Positions 20,101-32,827 are shown, counted from the first letter of the stretch. The stretch: 64,000 nt of DNA from Salpingoeca rosetta (GCA_033442325.1 JAWQFM010000001.1:2316973-2380972), one strand, 5' to 3'. A program made the numbers and translations. Notes: generated by a model from the sequence alone, not told the origin.

Positions 20101-21226
20101 CTCGTTGTTCAGTCAGCATCGCGTGTTTTGTCCTCGACCCAACTCGCTCCCTCACTCACACGAAACATCCACAACTCACACGAAACCTGCACACACACCT
20201 CGCACAAACGCTGCACATCCACCACCATCATCAACATTGAAACATGTGTAATTGCTTAATGGCAGCCCCATGGGTCTGCCTGGTCCGGCCGGCGGCGAGT
20301 GCGTGTACGGCGCATCCGATATCGCCTTCATTCTCGACTCGTCTGGTTCCATCCTCCCCGAGGACTACAGCCTGCTGAAGCAGTTTGCCGAGAACGTCGT
20401 TGACGAGCTTGTCATCTCCGAGTCTGAGTCGCGCATTGCCGTCGAGATTTTCTCGGACGTGCAGGAGGTCTCCCTCCAGTTCAGCTATGACAAGCCCACC
20501 ATTGTCGACACCATCCGCAACCTGCGCCACATCCAGCGCGGTACTGCTACCGGTGCTGCGCTCGAGCTCGCGCGCCGCGACATCTTCAGCAGCTCCGACC
20601 CCAACTACCGCAACCTCGCCGTCCCCGCCATTGCCGTCGTCATCACAGACGGTCAGTCGCAGGAGGAGCCCGCGTTTGTTGCAGAGCAGGCCCTCCGCCT
20701 GCGCGAGCTTGGCGTCACTGTCCTTGCCCTCGGCATTGGCGACGGCACCGACCCCGACGAGCTCCTGGCCATTGCTGGCTCTGCAGACCGCGTCGAGCAA
20801 GTCGAGCAGTTCGGCGACCTCGTGCAAGAGTTTGTCCGCGCCTTCCTCCAAGGCATCTTCTGCGCTGATTCGCCCGACAAGGGCGCTCGCGGCCGCACTG
20901 GTGACCCCGGTGTTCCTGGCACGGTGCGTTTTTTGGCAGTCTGCTTGCTTGCTTTGCTTTGCGTTGTCACTTGTGACTGTTTTTGTTGTGTTGTGTTGCG
21001 TGTTTGACTGTGTTTGTTTGTTTACCAAACGTCACCACGATGTGATAGCACTGCTGCTTGCTTGGTTGTGATTGCATGTGTTTGGTGGTTGCTCTTTTTC
21101 TGTTTGTGTGGATACTAGCATGCACACGCAAAAGTCTATTGCGCTCACGTTTCTTCTTCCACGTCCAACCTCACCCTGTAACCAACCACACACACACACA
21201 CGCACACACACACACACGAACACACG

Positions 21227-21265
<39 letters not shown>

Positions 21266-24200
21266 ACGCACATGCATATACAAACCATTAATAGGACGGA
21301 GCTCGTGGTCCTCAGGGTCCTGCTGGCCGCGCTGGTGAGGACGGTTTGAACGGTACACCCGGACGCGATGGCGAGCAAGGCCTCAAGGGCGACCCAGGGT
21401 TTGACGGCACAGACGGTGTTGACGGCCGCCCTGGCCCTCGTGGTGCCACTGGTGCACGTGGTTCCCGCGGTGAGACTGGCTCCCCTGGTGAAGATGGTCT
21501 GGACGGGCGCAAGGGTCAGCGAGGTCCCAGCGGCACGCCAGGTTCTGACGGGACACCAGGAGCTGACGGGACACCAGGCGTCACTGGCGACAAGGGCGTT
21601 CGCGGTCCCAGCGGACCTCAAGGTCCTGCTGGTAGGGATGGTGCCGATGGTGCTCCCGGCCGCGACGGTGAAGACGGCTTGCCCGGACGCAAGGGCCAGC
21701 GCGGCCCCGCTGGCCTCAAGGGCGAGCAAGGCGACGTTGGTCCGGCCGGTCCTCAGGGTCCTTCTGGCGGCGCAGAGTGCGTTGGCCGTGCTATTGACGT
21801 GTTCTACCTCATTGACGGCTCCGGCTCCATTGTGTCCTCGGACTTTGAGCGCGAGCGCACCTTCCTCAGCGACCTGACGGACGCCCTCTTTGCCTTCCCC
21901 GGCAACGACGTGCGCATCAGCATTGCCGAGTACTCCACCACTTACACGCAGGTCCTCGTCCCATACACGGCTGACGAGACAACCGCGCAGAACACCATCT
22001 CCAACGTTGTGCAGTCTGGCGGCGCTACAGCTACGGGCACGGCGCTTGGCCTTGCCGCAGATGACATTGGTGCAAACGCCCGCCCCGACGCCGCGCGCGT
22101 GCTTGTGCTCCTGACTGACGGTGCCACCTCAGATGGCGATCAGCAGAACATTGACCCATCCGTGTCCGACCTCAACAGCATTGGCGTGTCCATCACCGCC
22201 ATTGGCATTGGCGACAACGCTGACGAGACTGAGCTGCTGCAAATTGCCGGCGACCCCACCCGCGTCTTCAACAACATTGCCTTTGTCGACCTCGGCGACT
22301 TTATCGACGAGATTATCGGCTCTGTCCTCGACTGCGTCGGCTATGACGGTGTGGACGGTGCCAAGGGTGAGCGTGGCGATGCTGGCACCCCGGGTCCTCG
22401 TGGTCCAAAGGGCTTTGCTGGCAACGACGGTATTGATGGTGCTCCTGGTGACAAGGGCTTCCAGGGTACTCCAGGTACCCCTGGTCGCGATGGTGAGGAT
22501 GGTCTTGTTGGTCCTGCTGGCGATCAAGGTCCTCGCGGTGCCCCAGGCGACACTGGCAACCCAGGTGTGTAACCCTCAGCTCACGCGTGCAAACAACCGC
22601 ACAATTTACGTGTTATGTTTGCGTCTACATGTCTGCACAGCTGTGAACAGCGTGCGTTTGTTGTGTTGTGATGATGTGATGATGATGTGCGCGTAGGCGC
22701 TTGCGACAGCCAACGCGCACATGATCATCATGATGCACAACAACAACAACAACAACAACTGCACTCACGTGTTTATTGCTCGCTCACTTACTCACCCCAC
22801 TCATCAACAAACACATCATCACACACATTACGTCATATGGCATCACATCTTAGGTGCAAACGGTTCTGATGGTGTGCCCGGCTCTGATGGCCCCAGGGGA
22901 GCACCCGGTGAGCAAGGCTTGAAGGGCCTTCGCGGCGACCCTGGCTTTGATGGTACAGATGGCATTGACGGCCGTAACGGCGCTAACGGTGCCCCTGGCC
23001 CTGACGGTGCACGCGGATCCCAAGGCGATCGCGGTGATCGTGGTGCTTCGGGCACCCCTGGCGAGGACGGCCTTCGCGGTATCAAGGGCTTTGCTGGCTT
23101 TGATGGTACGGACGGCATTGACGGCCGCGACGGAACCCCTGGGCCTCGTGGCGACCCTGGTGATGTCGGCGCTCCAGGTCCTCAGGGCCCTGCTGGTCGC
23201 GACGATAACACTGTCTACTTCAAGGGTCAGCAAGGCGAGGACGGCCTCCCTGGCGACGTCGGCCCAGCTGGCCCCAAGGGTGAGCGCGGCCCTGCAGGAA
23301 ACACTGGTCCCCAGGGTCCACGCGGTCCTGACGGGCACCAGACGTGCATGGGCTCCACAGACCTTGTTCTCATTCAGGACAACTCTGGCTCCATTTCCGA
23401 GGAGGACTTCCAACAGTCCATTGCCTTCCTGCGCGACATTGTGCAGACCCAGATTGATCTCGAGGGCACGGGCTCACGGGTTGCTGCCATGACATTCTGC
23501 GCCACGCAGACGCTCCTGACCACCTTCACCGGTGTCACGACGGACGCCCTGAACGCCCTCGACTCTGCAGTCAACACCGTGTCTTGCGGCACAGCCACGG
23601 GTGCGGCCCTCGACTTTGCCATTGCCAACATCCTCAACGACAACAGCAACCCGGGCGCGCGCCGCGTGGTGATTGTGGTCACCGATGGTGCTTCGCAGGA
23701 GGATTCGTCGTTTGTGACTGCGGCCTCAGACCGCCTCCACGCTGAGGTTGACGAGGTGTTTGCCATTGGCGTTGGTCCCGCATCCAACCTTGCTGAGCTG
23801 CAAACCATTGCCACCTCCAACGACAACGCCTTCATTGAGACCGACTTCGACGCTCTTCGCGACCGCGATCTGACGCAGCAGCTCTGCTCTGGCTATGACG
23901 GCGTTGATGGTACCCCTGGACAAGACGGTACCCCTGGTGAGCCTGGCCTCAAGGGCCTGCCTGGTGACGACGGCTTCGACGGTACAGATGGTGTCCCCGG
24001 CCGCCGTGGCGCTGACGGGCCTCGTGGTCCCGAGGGCTTCAAGGGTGAGGCTGGTCTCGATGGACGGCCAGGTAACCCAGGGCCTGATGGCACCCCAGGA
24101 AACAAGGGTCGTCGTGGTGACTCAGGTCTGCCTGGCCGCGATGGTATTCCAGGCCCTCGTGGTGCTACTGGCGACAAGGGTTACAAGGGCTTCCGCGGAC

Positions 24201-24375
24201 GCACAGGCATCAAGGGTGCCATTGGCGAGCGTGGTGATCCTGGTATCGGCGGGCCAAACGGTGACTCTGGTGAGAAGGGTTACAAGGGCGAGAAGGGCCC
24301 CACTGGTCCTCGCGGCACCCCCGGTACTCTGGTACGTCAAAAACACGCCTCGAAACACATTGCAGTGCTCCACTT

Positions 24376-24413
<38 letters not shown>

Positions 24414-27400
24414 GATGATGACGCCTTTCTTGTTCATCATCACTATTATGGTTGTCATGATTGCTCGTCGAGTGGCTTTTGCTGTTTTTCTGCGACAGTA
24501 TCGATCATTCGTGTCCTTTTCCTTCCTCCCTCCCCTTCTTTCTGCGTACTTGCACACCAACCCACTCCCATCTGCTCACCCCCTGTCATTTAATGTTTTT
24601 CCTCGTCAATAGGGTGTGAACGGTCGCCCAGGCTTCAACGGGCTGGACGGCTCGGATGGTCCTCGTGGTCGCGACGCCGACGATGGTGCTCAAGGTGACA
24701 AGGGCTACAAGGGAAGCCGCACAGTCGGCCCCTCTGGCGACAAGGGCTACAAGGGCACACTCGGTTACAAAGGCATGCAAGGTGACAAGGGTATGCAGGG
24801 TGACCGCGGCAGCGCCGGCGACTGTGTTGACCGCGCTGAGCAAACCCGTCTTCTCGACAGCTGGAACGCGTGGCTGCAGACGTTTGACGACTACCGCCAG
24901 GCCGTGGCTGAGGTGTGCAACGGGACCGCTGACCGCACGGCTGAGCTCAATGCCAAGCTCTCTGCGGTGCGCATGATTGTCTCGGAGAACTTCACGGACG
25001 TTTCCAACTACATCACATCCACGCGCGACTCCAAGCTGGCCCTGATTGACGCCTACTCGCAGGCGCTCAACGACCGCGTGCAGGCCGACCGCGACAGCTA
25101 CGTTGCCCGCTACGACGCGCTCCGCAGCGAGATTCTCGACTACGTCTCTGTCAACCGCATGGGCGACAAGGGCGTCAAGGGTGTCAAGGGCCAGACAGGC
25201 GCCCCAGGCATCAAGGGTGAGGCTGGCGAGCCCGGTCTGCCTGGTCTGGACGGTACGGATGGTGTCAAGGGCATCAAGGGTGAGACCGGCAACCGCGGTG
25301 ACAACGGCGCAACAGGCGATCGCGGCGACAGCGGCATCCCAGGCGACAAGGGTATCAAGGGCCGCACTGGTGAGGACGGCCTGCGTGGCGAGCCCGGCTT
25401 TGACGGCACAGATGGTCGCCGTGGCATGCAGGGTGACAAGGGCTTCCGCGGCGCTGACGGTGCTGATGGCATTGATGGCAGCCCAGGGCCACGTGGTGCA
25501 CCTGGTGACAGCGGCGCTGATGGGCGCCCTGGCGAAGACGGCCTCAACGGGACCCCTGGCGTGGATGGTGGCCCTGGCGACCCTGGTGATGCAGGTGCAC
25601 GCGGACCAAAGGGTTTCCGCGGCGCTGACGGTACCCCAGGTACAGATGGGACCCCTGGTGACAAGGGCCAGCGCGGTGACGCTGGTGAGACAGGCCTTCC
25701 CGGCCCCAGCGGCGAGTCTGGTGACAAGGGCTTCAAGGGCCAGCGCGGCGTTGACGGTTTGGACGGCACCGACGGTGCTCCTGGTGCCCCTGGTGCTCAG
25801 GGTGAGTCTGGGCTCAAGGGACAGCCAGGTGATGCTGGCTTCCGCGGTGCACCTGGCAGCGATGGTGTCCCTGGTGAGGACGGTGAGAAGGGCGAGCGCG
25901 GTCCACAAGGCCGTGCTGGTGAGGATGGCCTGATTGGTGCTCCTGGCGACGATGGCTTTGATGGTACCAACGGTGCTCGTGGCCCTGCTGGCCCTGCTGG
26001 AAACGACGGCATCCCAGGGACTGACGGTGCTGACGGTGCGCGAGGCACGAAGGGAATCCAGGGCGAAGATGGGCTTCCTGGTGTCCCTGGTTTGACTGGA
26101 ACAGACGGGCCTCGCGGCCCTGATGGGTCGACTGGTGCAAAGGGTGACACTGGCGAGCCTGGCTTTGATGGTGCCGAAGGAGTGAAGGGTCTCACTGGTG
26201 TTGCTGGTGATAAGGGTGTGCTCGGGCCAAAGGGTTATTCTGGTCCTAAGGGTGACCCAGGCCTTGATGGTACAGACGGTGCAGATGGTGCTGTTGGTGA
26301 TCCTGGCCCCTCTGGTATTCCAGGACCGAGCGGAACCCCAGGCTCAGACGGCGTTGACGGGCCCAAGGGTCTGCGCGGCGATGATGGCGTGAACGGTACC
26401 CCAGGTAGCGATGGTGCCCCAGGGCCTGTTGGTGACACTGGCCCGCAGGGTACTCGCGGTGACCCTGGCTTCTCTGGCCTCACAGGCACAGATGGACCTC
26501 GCGGACCTGCAGGCCCCGACGGTGCGTTGTTCTCTTTGTTGTATCCATGTCAAGAAATTGTGTTTTGACGTTTACATAGCATGTGGTGCACTGCTCGTTC
26601 ACAACACGTTGCCTGGCTCAGTAACAAGGTGTTGCTTGTTGTGAATTTGAACGTTTGTATGTTTCTTTGTGTGTGTGCATGTTGTTTGTTTGTTTGTTTG
26701 TTTGTTTGGGTGGTTGGTTTTATGTGCATTGACGTACGTATGTTGTTTGTTTGTTCGTGTGACAATGTGTGGAATATCGTGTGTGTGTGTATGTGTGTTT
26801 TGTCTCCAACGTGCTTGTGCGTAACAAAACTGCGACGACACTCATTCACGTACCCCCTCCCTTGCTTGCATTCTGCTACTGATAGGCATTCCTGGTACCC
26901 CTGGTACTGACGGGACTGACGGTGCCAAGGGACAGCGCGGTGAGCGTGGCGACACTGGTCCTGTTGGTGCCCCCGGCTTTGACGGGACGGACGGAACCCC
27001 TGGCCGCGACGCCAGCAACGGTGCAAACGGCGATACTGGCGACACAGGCCCTGCTGGACCCCAAGGCGTCAAGGGCCGCGACGGGTAAGCCGAACAAGTG
27101 CAATTGTTGCTGCTGCTTGTTGGTGTTTAAGTTGTTGTTGCTTGTGGGTGTTGTTGTTGCTTGTGGGTGTTGTTGTTGTTGTTGTTCATTGTCTTGCCCT
27201 TCAGCCTTCCTGCCTCGATTGCCAATGCGATCACGCACACACGCACGCACTGGCACGAACTCACACACGTTGTCTGGACTCGCTTTGTGATGCTTGATCG
27301 TCTCCCCCCCCCCCCCTTTTCTCAACCCACCACCACCACGCGCACACATCCACCTATGTATACAGTGAGGTTGGCTTGGAAGGTCCTCGCGGTCGCCCTG

Positions 27401-29079
27401 GTACGGACGGTGCGAAGGGTGAGAAGGGCATTGCTGGTACCCCAGGTGCCCCTGGCCCCCGTGGTCGCCCTGGTGAGGACGGTCTGGATGGGCGCAAGGG
27501 TCGTCGTGGCGACACTGGCCCCGCAGGCAGCGACGGAAGCGACGGTGCAAACGGCGCGAACGGCGACAAGGGCCTCACAGGCCCTGAAGGCTTGAAGGGA
27601 CGCCAAGGCGAGGACGGTATCCCAGGTACCCCAGGCTTTGACGGCACGGATGGTGCTGTTGGTGACCCAGGTATCAACGGGCCCCGTGGCGAGAAGGGCG
27701 AGCGTGGCATCGACGGGATCGACGGAAACCCAGGCACGGATGGAAACCCAGGTGCTGATGGTGCTCCAGGGCCCGACGGCGCAAAGGGTGTCAAGGGTGT
27801 TGCTGGCGATCGCGGTGACGATGGTACGCCAGGTCCCCGTGGTGAGCGCGGTGACATTGGCCCTGACGGCGCGGATGGGACCCCAGGCGTTGATGGTTCC
27901 AACGGTTCCCCTGGTCTCAAGGGTCAGCGCGGCTTCACTGGACTCGTTGGCGAGCCAGGCGACGACGGCCTTCCTGGCAGCGATGGTGCCCCCGGCCCTG
28001 CTGGGCCAAAGGGATTGCGAGGCACCGCGGGGCCTGCAGGACGCCAAGGCGAGAGCGGGCTTGATGGCGACGTTGGCGAGCCTGGCCTTCCCGGAGAGCC
28101 TGGTGAGGACGGTGCTGACGGTGCGGATGGTGAGGACGGAACCCCAGGTGCTCGTGGAGACAAGGGCTTCGCAGGTACCCCAGGCACAGATGGTGAGCCC
28201 GGTGCTGATGGTGCTGACGGTGCCCCCGGCCCACGAGGCATCAAGGGTCGCGCAGGCAGCAACGCGCCTGATGGTGCCCCTGGTGACCCAGGCTTCACAG
28301 GCACGGACGGTGCACAAGGCCCACGCGGTCCGGACGGCCCAGCAGGCCGCGATGGACTTCAAGGTCTCAAGGGTGGCCGCGGTGACCCTGGCGAGGCTGG
28401 CCTCTTGGGCGCCCCAGGTGACGTTGGTCTGAAGGGTGCGCGCGGCCGTGACGGCGAGAAGGGTGTCAAGGGCTTCCGCGGACACCTTGGTGCTGATGGC
28501 GACGAAGGCGAGCGCGGTCCAATGGGCCCTATGGGCGACACTGGCACAGACGGACGCCCTGGTACCCCTGGCTTGCCGGGTGCCCCTGGTGATGACGGCC
28601 GTGACGGTACCAAGGGACGTCGCGGTGACAAGGGACAGGCTGGTGACGCGGCTGTTGGCGACAAGGGCCGCGCTGGTGCGCCTGGCGATGACGGCATCAA
28701 GGGCGTTGCCGGCCTCAAGGGGTCGGAGGGCGCCGAGGGTGCTTGCATCTCCACCCCAGAGTGGGAGGCGTGGACAGCCTCGCTCACGTCCTGGATCTCT
28801 GCCTGGAACGACTTCATGAACGCTGGCGGCATCACCCCGTGTGCCGACTACAACGACACTGCTGACGAGGTTGACAGCTTCATTGACAGCATGCTGTCGT
28901 GGTACCGCGAGCTGCTGGCTGAGCGCCTGGACATGTACGAGCGTGCATTTGACCAGCTCGACGTCGACATTGAGACGGCGCGCCAGAACTGCGAGGAGGC
29001 GCACGACGATCAGGACCTGCTCATCTCATCCCAGCTGGATGACATTGAGGCCCAGATTGACGCCATCTGCAACCCTTGA
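17156..29079 (+). CDS. Secreted collagen-like protein: signal peptide, Cys-rich N-domain, Gly-X-Y repeats, three VWA domains, internal and C-terminal helical domains (about 13 exons)
   Basis: Signal [20 protein letters not shown]; C..TC....[20 protein letters not shown]; hundreds of Gly-X-Y triplets in register across the junctions checked; VWA MIDAS motifs DSSGS (~20335), DGSGS (~21815) and DNSGS (~23380); stop at 29077-29079. Confidence 0.9.
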
Positions 29080-29696
29080 GCTGGCTGCTTGGTGGTGGTG
29101 ATGATGCGACGGTGATTTGCCGTGGCCATGTACAGCCACAGCTGTGCTTAGGCTCATTCAGCGGTTTACTGTCGTTTGTCCTCCCTCCCTCCTCTTCCCC
29201 CGTCTTTTCTGTTTACCTTTTCTTCTCCTCTTCCCCTCTTTCTTTGTCCTTGTCCCTTGTGATGTGCTTCCTACCAGTTTTGCACGGCCTTCGAGCTACC
29301 GTGGTGCAGCACAAGACACACATGTGCGTGCGATTTCCATTTGTCTTGCCAGCAGCACTGGCAGTTTGTCTTGTCTAGCTGGTGTTTTGAGGCGGTGTGT
29401 TGCTTGAATTTGGGTGTCTCATTGCTGCCGCTGCTTGATGCTTGTGCGATTGTTGTTTCTGTGTTTGTGCTTCCATCTCTGTCAACCCTTTCTTCCTACC
29501 TCAACCATACACACGCTCACATTGTAACACGTCCCAACACTTGAGTGCTTTAATTGTGACATTCGTGCATGTGGTGGTGATGGTGTGTGACGTGAATCAT
29601 CCAGCGTGCATGGGTCAAACACAGCAGAGGTTCGAGGGCAAAACAAAAGTGGCCTGGGGGGAAAGTGAACCAATGAGCCGTGCACAACCGAAGCAC

Positions 29697-29741
29697 ATCA
29701 GCTGAGGCCGGCAACACAGTGCTTTACGGCAACAGCATCAC
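29697..29741 (-). promoter_or_regulatory. Orphan duplicate SECIS element
   Basis: Identical to the SECIS at 37216-37260, but preceded only by a frameshifted MsrA last exon. Confidence 0.75.
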
Positions 29742-29964
29742 AAAGCATGGACAAAACAATCACCCATTCAATGCCAGCATACACTCGCGCATGCTGCTGA
29801 GATGTAACGTGGTCGCATTGGTACAGAACATGAAAAAGCAGAAGGCACAACAAAGGTTGTGTGTAAGTGTGTGTGTATGTGTGTGTGTGTGTATGTGTGT
29901 GAGCGGTCATCGTAGTAATGACGCGCAGGCGTGCGGCGTGGGCTTGATCGGCGGCACCACGCAA

Positions 29965-30022
29965 TCAAAGAGAGTTTCCGTGCTCAGTAGAGGGGGCCGA
30001 GCAGGGAGCGGTCCAAGTATTT
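29965..30022 (-). pseudogene. Orphan MsrA last exon with a +1 frameshift
   Basis: Reads KYLDRSLLGPLY* versus KYLDRSLLGPSTEHGNSL* in the other copy (G5 vs G4 run); no upstream MsrA exons. Confidence 0.75.
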
Positions 30023-30415
30023 CTGTCCATGCAGGCAAGAAGGCACGACCAAACGAGCAATAGCAGCGACAGCAGCGACAGCATTCAAGTGAGGGCAAGT
30101 GAGAGACGTAGAAGAACGCAAACAAGAGAAGGAGAAGGAGCCGAAGAAGAGGAGGAAGAAGAACAAGAAGAACAAGAATAGCAAGAACAAGCCAGGCTCG
30201 CCTCTCTCCCGGTCGGGCTGGCTGCATTCCCACTTGATGGGGCAAGACCCGACTAGTCTCGGCATGATGGGACGTACAGAGGGACAGGTAGTTGATGGCA
30301 ATCAATGCGAAGCGTGTGGCTACTTCTTACATGCGACTGGTGGGGGCATTGGTTTATTCGAATGGGAAGAGGGGTTGGTGTGTTCGACTGGAAGACTTGC
30401 ACGGGAGGACAGGTG

Positions 30416-31008
30416 ATTCAGGGCTGCACAAAGACAAACGTCAGCAAACGTGTGGCTACTACAGTACCACAACACAACGGGCCTGGCACAAAACCGCGCG
30501 AAAGATTGCCATATCATTCGAGTGGCGACAAGCAATCGAAACACAGCAACTTGCGCGCGAATTCAGGGCTGCACAAACGTCAGCAAACGTGTGGCTACTA
30601 CAGTACAACAACACAACAGACCCGGCACAAAACCGCGCGAAAGATTGCCATATCATTCGAGTGGCGACAAGCAATCGAAACACAGCAACTTGCGCGCGAA
30701 TTCAGGGCTGCACAAACGTCAGCAAACGTGTGGCTACTACAGTACAACAACACAACAGACCCGGCACAAAACCGCGCGAAAGATTGCCATATCATTCGAG
30801 TGGCGACAAGCAATCGAAACACAGCAACTTGCGCGCGAATTCAGGGCTGCACAAACGTCAGCAAACGTGTGGCTACTACAGTACAACAACACAACAGACC
30901 CGGCACAAAACCGCGCGAAAGATTGCCATATCATTCGAGTGACGACAAGCAATCGAAACACGGCAACTGCGCGAATTCAGGGCTGCACAAACGTCAGCAA
31001 ACGTGTGG
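30416..31008 (+). repeat. 139-bp tandem array, about 4.2 copies
   Basis: Unit ATTCAGGGCTGCACAAACGTCAGCAAACGTGTGGCTACTACAG...CTTGCGCGCGA; ORF ends recur at 30459, 30598, 30737 and 30876 (period 139). Confidence 0.97.
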
Positions 31009-31116
31009 TGAGAAAGCATACATCCGACTCCGAGATGGCGGGAAAATCCATCGCACGAGTGGCTACACAAGCGAGTACCGCGTGTTGGAGAGACGGAGCG
31101 ATGCAGTTTCTGAGCC

Positions 31117-31591
31117 ATGTCTTTCTTGCGTGTGGTGAGTGTGGAGGGGAGGCGAGTTGTGATCGAGGCCGATGCAGGTAGTGTGAGGGTGTCCTTCTGT
31201 GAGGAGGGGGATGCGATGGTGCACGACGATGGCGGGGCTGTGGCGGTGGCGATACAGGGCGACATCTCGCTCGCCACCGCGGAGGCAGCCATGACGACGC
31301 TTCCCACCCCAGACGTGTGGTGGTTGGTGAGGGTGGCGTGGCTAGCGCAACAGGGCAAACTCTTGCCCTGTTGTGTCTGCGGCGTCGCCCTATCCAGCCT
31401 CAACGCATGTGGGCGACACTTCGATACCGCCCATGCACCCCTGTTCCGAGCGACGCCTGAGGTGTGTATCAACATACATGTGCGTATGTGTACTGCCTTC
31501 TTACGTGCTTCGACTTAGGCGGTGGTGCTGGCTGGCTCGTGTCCCTCTCGCCTACCCCCCTCTCGCTGACTGCTTTCCACATACATGCACA

Positions 31592-31678
<87 letters not shown>

Positions 31679-32827
31679 TTAGGGACCCCGTGATACCGCG
31701 GTCGCGATCATTGCGATGATCGCGCTGTGTGCCGCAAGGCACACCCGCGGTATCACAGAGCGCCGCGTGGCGCGCCTCGCCAGCCAGGCATGTTACGCGG
31801 TGCTGGAAGGCCGCGGCGAGACACTCTCTGTGGATGGCGAGTGTCAGGTGTGCGACCTGCTTTTGTCACCTGCCATTGAGCCTTGCGGTTGAGCCTATGT
31901 TTGTGCCTTTCGTTCATGTATATTCACACACATACATACACACACGCGCGCACACACGCATACATACACACATACATACACACATACACACACGCACACA
32001 CACGCACACACACACACGCACACACACGCACACACACACACGCACACACGCACACACACACACGCACGTGTACACACATACACACGCACACGCACGCACG
32101 TGTATACACATACACACGCACACACACGCACGTGTACACACATACACACACACGCGCGCACACGCACGCACAGATCTGCTTTCACAGATCAGTGCGTATA
32201 TCGAGGCACATGTACCGCCATGCACCCCCGCGGTACGTGTGTCAGATATGCGCGCACCGCTTTGAGCGGCAGGACACCATGGCCACACACAAATATGCCA
32301 TGGTGTCGGATGCGTCCGGTGACGCTGCGCCCCAACTACACGAGCACGCCCCAGCTGATCGCAGCAGCGACAACAGCAGCGACAACAGCAGCGACGGCAG
32401 CAGCGACGGCAGCAGCGATGTCAGCCACAGGGATGCTCGCACTCATTTCCGCCGTCGGCACCATCGCCGTCACTCCCGCCACTCCCGCCACGCCCAACGC
32501 CACTCCCGCCACTCCCGCCACGCCCAACGCCACTCCCGCCACTCCCGCCACGCCCAACGCCACTCCCGCCACGCCCAACGCCACTCCCGCCACCACCGCC
32601 ACGCCCAACGCCACTCCCGCCACTCCCGCCACGCCCAACGCCACTCCCGCCACCACCGCCACGTCCAACGCCACTCCCGCCACCACCGCCACGCCCAACG
32701 CCACCACCGCCACGCCCAACGCCACTCCCGCCACCACCGCCACCGCAGCAGCAGTGGCAGCGACAGCGACAGCAGTCACAGCCACCGGGGTGTTAGCATC
32801 CATGCCCATCGCCTCAACCATGCCTGA
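31117..32827 (+). CDS. C2H2 zinc-finger protein with His/Arg-rich tail (3 exons)
   Basis: Exon 1 has [22 protein letters not shown]; phase-0 junctions give ECQ|[16 protein letters not shown] then [19 protein letters not shown], followed by (RHSRHAQ)-like repeats to TGA at 32825-32827. Confidence 0.6.

Larger units (their letters stand above)
28740..30169 (+). repeat. Direct duplication copy A (1.43 kb)
   Basis: Near-identical to 36259-37691 at offset 7519; the ORF track repeats at the same offset. Confidence 0.97.

Noticed and set aside
17800-28630. Numerous RGD tripeptides as integrin ligands
   Set aside because: They arise naturally from Arg at Y and Asp at X, are generally cryptic in triple helices, and nothing here indicates a receptor.
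21145-29004. Long antisense and alternative-frame ORFs over the collagen
   Set aside because: Expected shadow of GC-rich Gly-X-Y codon bias; no independent motifs.
30416-31008. 139-bp array as a CRISPR array
   Set aside because: Units are near-identical end to end with no unique spacers, there are no cas genes, and the context is eukaryotic.
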